A DNA stretch of 32,000 bases. Source: Phycisphaera mikurensis NBRC 102666 (GTDB lineage Bacteria > Planctomycetota > Phycisphaerae > Phycisphaerales > Phycisphaeraceae). Every line of letters begins with the position of its first letter. Position 1 is the stretch's first letter. This document shows, in pieces, positions 26,577-32,000 of this stretch. A program made the position numbers and the translations under genes. The notes under the pieces are model-generated. The model saw only the letters and a list, made by a program, of their open reading frames with translations, did not search any database and was not told the origin of the DNA. The stretch is from contig NC_017080.1 of the NCBI RefSeq assembly GCF_000284115.1, positions 1,920,001 through 1,952,000 of the forward strand. The letters are read 5' to 3'.

Positions 26577-28766
26577 ATGCAAAGACCCACCTTCCACGAG
26601 TCCTGGTACCGGATCTCCGCCCTCCGGCCGCGGCTGCGCGCGGTGGTCCAGGTGTTCCGGCAGCGCTTCCGCGGCAAGACCTGGCACGTGCTGCGGGACC
26701 CCGCGAACAACCAGTTCTTCCGGCTCGACGACGCGGGCTTCCGCTTCGTCGGGCTCCTCGACGGGAAGCGAACCGTGGGCGAGGCGTGGGAGGCCACCGC
26801 GGCGCAGCTGGGCGACCGGGCCCCGACGCAGGGGGAAGCGGTGCAGGTGCTCGGCCAGCTGTACCAGAGCAACCTGATCGCGGCGGAGCTGCCGGCCGAC
26901 GCCGAGGGCATGTTCGACCGCTTCAAGCGGCGCCGGCACAAGCAGGTGGGCGGCTACCTGATGAACATCATGTTCGCGAAGATTCCGCTCTTCGACCCCG
27001 AGCACCTGCTCGAGCGGTGGAAGCCGGCCTTCATGTGGATCTTCGGCCCCGTGGGCGTCGCGCTCTGGCTCGCGCTGATCGCCGCCGGGTTGCTCTCGCT
27101 GGGAGGCCGCGCCGAGGAGCTGCTCGGGCAAGCCGGCAACATCCTGGATCCCTCCAACTGGATCTTGCTCTACGCCGCATTCGGCCTGGCGAAGGTGCTC
27201 CACGAGTTCGGCCACGCCTTCGCGGTCAAAGCCTTCGGCCGCTCGGAGCAGGTCGAGGCCGAGGTGCACGTGCTCGGGGTGATGCTGCTGGTGCTCGTGC
27301 CGGTGCCGTACGTGGACGCGACGGGTTCCTGGGCGTTCCGCTCGAAGTGGCGGCGGGCGTTCGTGGGCGCGGCCGGCATGTACGTCGAGCTGGCGCTCGC
27401 CGCGGTGGCGGCGATCGTCTGGTCGCAGACGTCGCCCGGCGTGGTGCACGCGCTGGCGTACAACGTGATCTTCATCGCCGGCGTCTCGACGATCCTCTTC
27501 AACGCGAACCCGCTGATCCGCTTCGACGGGTACTACATCCTCTCGGACCTCACCGAGACGCCCAACCTCTACCAGCGCAGCAACGACTACCTCAAGTACC
27601 TCGTGCGCCGCTTCGCCTACCGCGTGCGGGAGCCGCACAACCCGGCCCAGAGCCCGGCCGAGCGGCCGTGGCTCGCGGCCTACGGCGTGTGCTCGCTGGT
27701 CTACCGGGTGCTGCTCTTCGGCGGGATCCTGCTGTTCGTGATCGGCAAGATGTTCTTCGTGGGGGCGTTGATGGCGGCGGTCTCCATCGTCGCCTGGCTG
27801 TTCGTGCCGCTGGGCAAGTGGGTGCGTTACCTGCTGACCTCGCCGGAGCTGGCGCGGACGCGTGGGCTGGCGCAGGGGGTCTCGCTGGCGGCGGTGGCGC
27901 TCGTGGCCCTGGGGGTGGGCGTGGTGCCGGCCCCCGACCGGCAGCGGGCGGCAGGCCTGGTGGAGCCGGACCGCTTCGAGGCGGTTTTCTCCCGCAGCGA
28001 CGGCTTCATCGACGCGGTGCTGCCGACGCTGTCGCCCGCGGACCAGGGCGTGCTGGTGGCGGCGGGCAACCGCGAGCTGCTCGCCCGGCGCGACCGGCTG
28101 GAGGCGCGGCTGGGCCTGCTCGCGGCGCAGCAACGCAAGGCCGAGCGGGAGGACGTCGCGTCGGCGCAGGTGGTGCGGCGGCAGCACGAGGCGACGGCGG
28201 GGCAGCTCGCCCGCGTGCGGTCGGAGATCCAGATGCTCTCGCTGTCTGCCCGCGTAGGCGAGGCCGGGCAGCCGGCGTGGTGGGTGGGTCCGGACGTCGA
28301 CCGCTTCAAGGGGGCGTTCGTCCCCCGGGGGGAGGCGCTGGGGGTGGTCGCTTCTCTGGAGGACCTGGTGATCCGCGTGGCCGCCGACCAGCACCTCGGC
28401 CCGCGGCTGCGGGGCGAGGAGTGGATCGGCCGGGCGGTGGAGGTGAAGACCGCCGGCCGGCCGGACCTCACCTACGCGGGCCGGGTGGAGCGCGTGGGGC
28501 CGGCCGGCACCGAGCAGCTTCCCTCGGCGGCGCTGGGCTTCGCCGCCGGCGGACCCATCGCCACCGACGCCCGCCGCACCGACGGGACCACGGCGGCGGA
28601 GGCCGTCTTCGAGGTGCGGGTGCGGGTGCTGCCGACGGCGTCCGACCAGCCGCCGCTGCGGGCGGGCCAGCGGGTGATGGTGCGCTTCCGCTTTGCCGAC
28701 CGCCCGCTGATGACCCAGGCGGTGCTGGCGCTGCAGCAGCTGTTCCAGGGCCGGGTGGGCGCGTGA
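26577..28766 (+). CDS. M50-family site-2-type metalloprotease with N-terminal PqqD-like domain and C-terminal HlyD-like domain
   Basis: 729 aa: KTWHVLRDPANNQFFRLDDAGFRFVGLLDGKRTVGEAWEAT (PqqD-like); HEFGHAFAVKAFGR (HExxH) and NPLIRFDGYYILSD (second metal motif); several TM helices; C-terminal coiled-coil/barrel LEARLGLLAAQQRKAER...FVPRGEALGVVASLEDLVIRV. Confidence 0.88.
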   Translation: MQRPTFHESWYRISALRPRLRAVVQVFRQRFRGKTWHVLRDPANNQFFRLDDAGFRFVGLLDGKRTVGEAWEATAAQLGDRAPTQGEAVQVLGQLYQSNLIAAELPADAEGMFDRFKRRRHKQVGGYLMNIMFAKIPLFDPEHLLERWKPAFMWIFGPVGVALWLALIAAGLLSLGGRAEELLGQAGNILDPSNWILLYAAFGLAKVLHEFGHAFAVKAFGRSEQVEAEVHVLGVMLLVLVPVPYVDATGSWAFRSKWRRAFVGAAGMYVELALAAVAAIVWSQTSPGVVHALAYNVIFIAGVSTILFNANPLIRFDGYYILSDLTETPNLYQRSNDYLKYLVRRFAYRVREPHNPAQSPAERPWLAAYGVCSLVYRVLLFGGILLFVIGKMFFVGALMAAVSIVAWLFVPLGKWVRYLLTSPELARTRGLAQGVSLAAVALVALGVGVVPAPDRQRAAGLVEPDRFEAVFSRSDGFIDAVLPTLSPADQGVLVAAGNRELLARRDRLEARLGLLAAQQRKAEREDVASAQVVRRQHEATAGQLARVRSEIQMLSLSARVGEAGQPAWWVGPDVDRFKGAFVPRGEALGVVASLEDLVIRVAADQHLGPRLRGEEWIGRAVEVKTAGRPDLTYAGRVERVGPAGTEQLPSAALGFAAGGPIATDARRTDGTTAAEAVFEVRVRVLPTASDQPPLRAGQRVMVRFRFADRPLMTQAVLALQQLFQGRVGA

Positions 28767-30820
28767 GCAGCGGTGTGGTCGCCCCGACGCCGCGGACCGT
28801 GGCCGCCGGAGAGCTCCTCGGCTCGCGGTCCGCGGGATCCGGCGCGGCCGACGCGGCCACCCGCCTGCCCAGCGGGCGGTGGCGGCGGCTGGCGGCGCCG
28901 TCGGGGCCTCCCACGCCGCTGCGCGGCCTCGACGCGGCTTGGGACGCCGTCGTCGCCTGCGCGGTGCCCTGGGTGCCGCGGCGTCGCCGCTGCCTGCGCC
29001 GCGCGGAGCGGGTGCTGGCTTTGGCGGCGGGGCTGGAGGCCCTGCCCACCGCGGAACTCGCCGAGCAGACCCGGGCGGTCGCCGAGCGCTTCCGCCTCGG
29101 CCGCGACACCGCGGCCGACCTCGACCTCGCGTTCGCGGTCGTCCGCGAGCAAGCCACCCGCGTGCTCGGCTTGCGGGCCTACCCGGTGCAGGTCGCCGCG
29201 GCGATCGCGATGGAGCGCGGCGCCATCGCCGAGGTGGCGACCGGCGAGGGCAAGACGCTGATCGCCACGATGCCCGCGGTGCTCGCGGGCTGGCGTGGCC
29301 GCGGCTGCCACGTGCTCACCGCCAACGACTACCTGGCGGCGCGGGACGCCGAGAAGATGCGGCCGGTGTACGAGGCGTGCGGTCTCACGGTCGCCTCCGT
29401 CGTCGACGCCACGCCGCAGGAGGCCCGGACCGCCGCGTACGCCGCCGGCGTCACCTACACGACCAACAAGGAGGCGGCCGCGGACTTCCTCCGCGACCGG
29501 ATCGTCGCCGGCCGCGACGCCTGCCTCGCGGACGGATTGTTGCGCGAGCTGGTGCGGGGCGCGGGGCTGGGCTCGGGCCGCGGCGTCGCGGGCGTGCAGC
29601 GTGGGCTCGAGCACGCGATCGTCGACGAGGCGGACGCGGTCCTGATCGACGAGGGCACCACCCCACTGATCATCTCCGGAGAAGCCCCCAGCCCCGGACG
29701 GGAGCAGGCCCACCGCGAGGCGGTCGGCCACGCCGACGCCTTCTCCCGCGGCAGGGACTACCGCGTCGACGAACGCTTCCGCGAGGTGGTGATGACGCCC
29801 GCGGGCCGGGCCCGCGTCGCCCGCCTCGCGGGCACCTCGTCGGGCATCTGGAGCGGGCGTCGCCGCGCCGAGGAGCTCCTGAACCAGGCCATCACCGCCC
29901 GCGAGCTCTACCTCGCCGGCCGCGACTACGTGGTGCAGGACGGCAGAGTCGTCATCGTCGACGCCTTCAACGGCCGGTTGATGCCCGATCGCAGCTGGTC
30001 CGACGGGCTGCACCAGGCGGTGGAGGCCAAGGAGCGGCTGGCGCTCTCACCCCCGCGGGAGACGCTCGCGCGCATCTCCTTCCAGCGCTTCTTCCGCCAC
30101 TACCGCCACCTCTCGGGCATGACCGGGACCGCCCGCGAGGAGCGACGCGAGCTTTGGAAAACCTACCGGTGCCCGGTGGTCGCGCTGCCGACGCACCGGC
30201 GGCCGCAGCGGCGCGATCAGGGCATCCGCATCACCCGCAGCCGCGACTCGCGGATCGCCGAGGTCGTGCGCGACACGCAGGAGAAGCGGTCGGTCGGCCG
30301 GCCCGTGCTCATCGGCACGCGGTCGGTGGCCGAGAGCGAGCGGCTCAGCGAAGGCCTCGAAGCGGCCGGCATCCCGCACCGCGTGCTCAACGCCGTACGC
30401 CACGGCGAGGAGGCCGCGGTGGTCGCGGGGGCCGGCGAGGTCGGGCGCGTCACGCTGGCGACCAACATGGCCGGCCGCGGCACCGACATCGCCCTCGGCG
30501 AGGGCGTCGCGGAGCTCGGCGGCCTGCACGTGATCGTCTGCGGGATGAATGACGCCCGCCGCGTCGACCGCCAGCTCTTCGGGCGGGCGGCCCGCCAGGG
30601 CGAGCCGGGCTCGGCCGTGATGGTCTGCTCGCTGCAGGACGGTCTGCCGGTGCAGCACGCCCCGCGCGTGGTGCGGGCCACGCTGGGGCGGCTCTTCCCC
30701 CGGGGGGTCTTGCGGCTGGCGCAGCGGCGGGCGCAGAACCGGGCCCGTTCGCAGCGTGCCGGCGTGCTGAAGCGCGACCGCTGGCTCGCGGAGAGCCTCG
30801 GCTTCGCCGGCATCGAGTGA
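28763..30820 (+). CDS. SecA-like DEAD motor protein, C-terminally short
   Basis: GTG start overlapping the M50 TGA. 685 aa: AIAEVATGEGKTLIATMPAVLAGWRGRGCHVLTANDYLAARDAEKMRPVYEACGL...HAIVDEADAVLIDEGTTPLIISG...DYVVQDGRVVIVDAFNGRLMPDRSWSDGLHQAVEAKE...LSGMTGTA...TLATNMAGRGTDIALGEGVAELGGLHVI...GRAARQGEPGSA. Confidence 0.9.
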   Translation: MSSGVVAPTPRTVAAGELLGSRSAGSGAADAATRLPSGRWRRLAAPSGPPTPLRGLDAAWDAVVACAVPWVPRRRRCLRRAERVLALAAGLEALPTAELAEQTRAVAERFRLGRDTAADLDLAFAVVREQATRVLGLRAYPVQVAAAIAMERGAIAEVATGEGKTLIATMPAVLAGWRGRGCHVLTANDYLAARDAEKMRPVYEACGLTVASVVDATPQEARTAAYAAGVTYTTNKEAAADFLRDRIVAGRDACLADGLLRELVRGAGLGSGRGVAGVQRGLEHAIVDEADAVLIDEGTTPLIISGEAPSPGREQAHREAVGHADAFSRGRDYRVDERFREVVMTPAGRARVARLAGTSSGIWSGRRRAEELLNQAITARELYLAGRDYVVQDGRVVIVDAFNGRLMPDRSWSDGLHQAVEAKERLALSPPRETLARISFQRFFRHYRHLSGMTGTAREERRELWKTYRCPVVALPTHRRPQRRDQGIRITRSRDSRIAEVVRDTQEKRSVGRPVLIGTRSVAESERLSEGLEAAGIPHRVLNAVRHGEEAAVVAGAGEVGRVTLATNMAGRGTDIALGEGVAELGGLHVIVCGMNDARRVDRQLFGRAARQGEPGSAVMVCSLQDGLPVQHAPRVVRATLGRLFPRGVLRLAQRRAQNRARSQRAGVLKRDRWLAESLGFAGIE

Positions 30821-30911
30821 AGCGGGAGGTGCTGAGGTCGCCGGGTCGCGTTATCGGCCCGCCGCCGCCGTCTGGCCCGGCGGAGGCACCCGCTGGCCGA
30901 TAGATCCCGGC

Positions 30912-31382
30912 ATGACGCCCGCACGACCCGCCCAGGCTCCGAACCCTTACCTCCGCACGAAGGTGATGACCGCGAGCCCCGAGGAGCTGCGTCTCATGCT
31001 GCTCCAGGGCGCCGAACGCTTCGCCAAGGCGGGGCGGAAGGAGCTCGCCGCCGAGACGCCGGACCTCGAGAAGAGCCACGAGTCCCTGATGAAGGCTCAG
31101 CGGATCGTCGTCGAGCTCTCCACGAGCATGAATCCGCGCCTCGCGCCGGAGGTGGTGGAGCGGCTGACCGCGCTGTACACCTACATCTACAAGCTGCTCG
31201 TCGACGCCAACCTCACCCGCGAGCTCGGCCCGCTGGACGAGGCGATCCACCGCATCGCCTACGAGCGGGAGACCTGGGTGCTGCTGATGGAGCAGAACCG
31301 AGCGGAGGCCGGCGGCGACGCAAGCGGCGGCGCGGCGACCACCCGGCAGGCCGCGCTGACGGCGTATCCGCCGGCCGCGTGA
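30912..31382 (+). CDS. fliS: Flagellar export chaperone FliS
   Basis: 156 aa: NPYLRTKVMTASPEELRLMLLQGAERFAKAGRKEL...KSHESLMKAQRIVVELSTSMNPRLAPEVVERLTALYTYIYKLLVDANLTRELGPLDEAIHRIAYERETWVLL. Confidence 0.9.
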   Translation: MTPARPAQAPNPYLRTKVMTASPEELRLMLLQGAERFAKAGRKELAAETPDLEKSHESLMKAQRIVVELSTSMNPRLAPEVVERLTALYTYIYKLLVDANLTRELGPLDEAIHRIAYERETWVLLMEQNRAEAGGDASGGAATTRQAALTAYPPAA

Positions 31383-31666
31383 GCGAGCCCTCGCGGGGGT
31401 TGCGGGGGCGTCGCCGTGCACCGGTCGAGGTTCGGGTGTGCGGCGCCCGGGTGCCACGCCGCTTGCGGGGCGGGGTGCCCGCAGGACACGCGGCAGACCC
31501 GTGCCTCCGCCGGCGTCGCCTCCGGCGACCGCCACCCCGGCAGCGGCGTGCCGCCGACGGTGCCGAGCGTCCGGGTTCTCGCAAGAGAGGGGCGAGGAGA
31601 GGGGCAGGGCCCCCACTTGCTTGCAGCGGGCTCGCTTCGCCGATGCCCAAGCCGCACGCGGATCCG

Positions 31667-32000
31667 TCAAGCCGCGGCCGATCGCCGGGTGAGCGCCTCC
31701 GGGCCGCTGCAGAGCTCTTCGAGGGTCACCGGCGGGCCGGTCAGGTTGCCCTGGACGTGGTCGAGGCCGATGCCCTGCACGCCGGCGAGCTGCTCAGGCG
31801 TCTCCACCCCGCAGGCCAGGGTCGCGAGGCCCATGGCCCGGGCGAAGCCGATGATCGCCTGCAGCACCTGGAAGCGCGCCGTGTCCCCGCCGAGGCCGCT
31901 GATGAAGAAGCGGTCGATCTTTACCGCCCGCAGCGGGAGGCCCGCCAGGAAGGCGAGGGGCGACCGCTCGCGGCCGAAGTCGTCGAGCACCACCGCCAAG
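31667..32000 (-). CDS. C-terminal part of a degenerate EAL (c-di-GMP phosphodiesterase-like) domain protein; extends beyond the window
   Basis: LAVVLDDFGRERSPLAFLAGLPLRAVKIDRFFISGLGGDTARFQVLQAIIGFARAMGLATLACGVETPEQLAGVQGIGLDHVQGNLTGPP. DDFG, VKID, GVET and QG motifs present. Coding continues to the right edge; the ORF-track Met is a TTG. Confidence 0.82.
   Translation of the reverse strand, partial: LAVVLDDFGRERSPLAFLAGLPLRAVKIDRFFISGLGGDTARFQVLQAIIGFARAMGLATLACGVETPEQLAGVQGIGLDHVQGNLTGPPVTLEELCSGPEALTRRSAAA

Noticed and set aside
23886-28394. 1502-aa minus-strand ORF
   Set aside because: Shadow frame opposite the GAF-HlyD and PqqD-M50-HlyD genes. Composition is Arg/His/Pro/Gly-rich with no recognisable domain, while the plus-strand frames carry clear family motifs.
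26492-30820. 1442-aa plus-strand ORF as a giant SecA fusion
   Set aside because: SecA-like sequence begins at GTG 28763; the preceding half is an out-of-frame reading of the M50 gene.
31383-31666. GC-rich repeated GCCTCCG/CCGGCG segments near 31500-31540 as a possible repeat array
   Set aside because: Only short irregular matches expected at this GC content; no regular unit or spacer pattern as in CRISPR.
30912-31999. Possible phage or mobile island at the right end
   Set aside because: No integrase, transposase, terminal repeats or tRNA target seen; genes are ordinary flagellar/signalling functions.

Overview
Very GC-rich bacterial DNA with the gene content expected of a planctomycete (Phycisphaerae-like; inferred, not proven). 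Left part (1-18.5 kb) is a carbohydrate-use neighbourhood. It holds a tightly coupled minus-strand set for oxidative L-fucose breakdown (aldo/keto reductase, Zn-dependent dehydrogenase, FucU/RbsD mutarotase, amidohydrolase/lactonase running off the left edge). It also holds a GH29 alpha-L-fucosidase, a CTPSR-type sulfatase, a UxaE-like tagaturonate epimerase, a divergent GH35-like protein and a GH78-like alpha-L-rhamnosidase. Housekeeping genes are interspersed: CdsA, a propeller-like protein fused to an RDD membrane domain, AcpH and a lone GroES. From 18.7 kb there is a compact run ctaA - ctaB - ABC ATPase - pabB, then a TPR protein carrying two RNA-polymerase alpha-CTD-like domains. The most interesting region is 24.5-30.8 kb: a GAF-HlyD adaptor, a PqqD-like/M50 protease/HlyD-like membrane protein, and a SecA-like ATPase that ends before the C-terminal scaffold/wing/zinc regions, with GTGA overlap between the last two. 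I propose it as a candidate undescribed export/maturation machine. FliS and the end of a degenerate EAL-domain gene close the window. No CRISPR array, tRNA, rRNA or transposase was recognised. Many very long ORFs in the supplied track are high-GC shadow frames.
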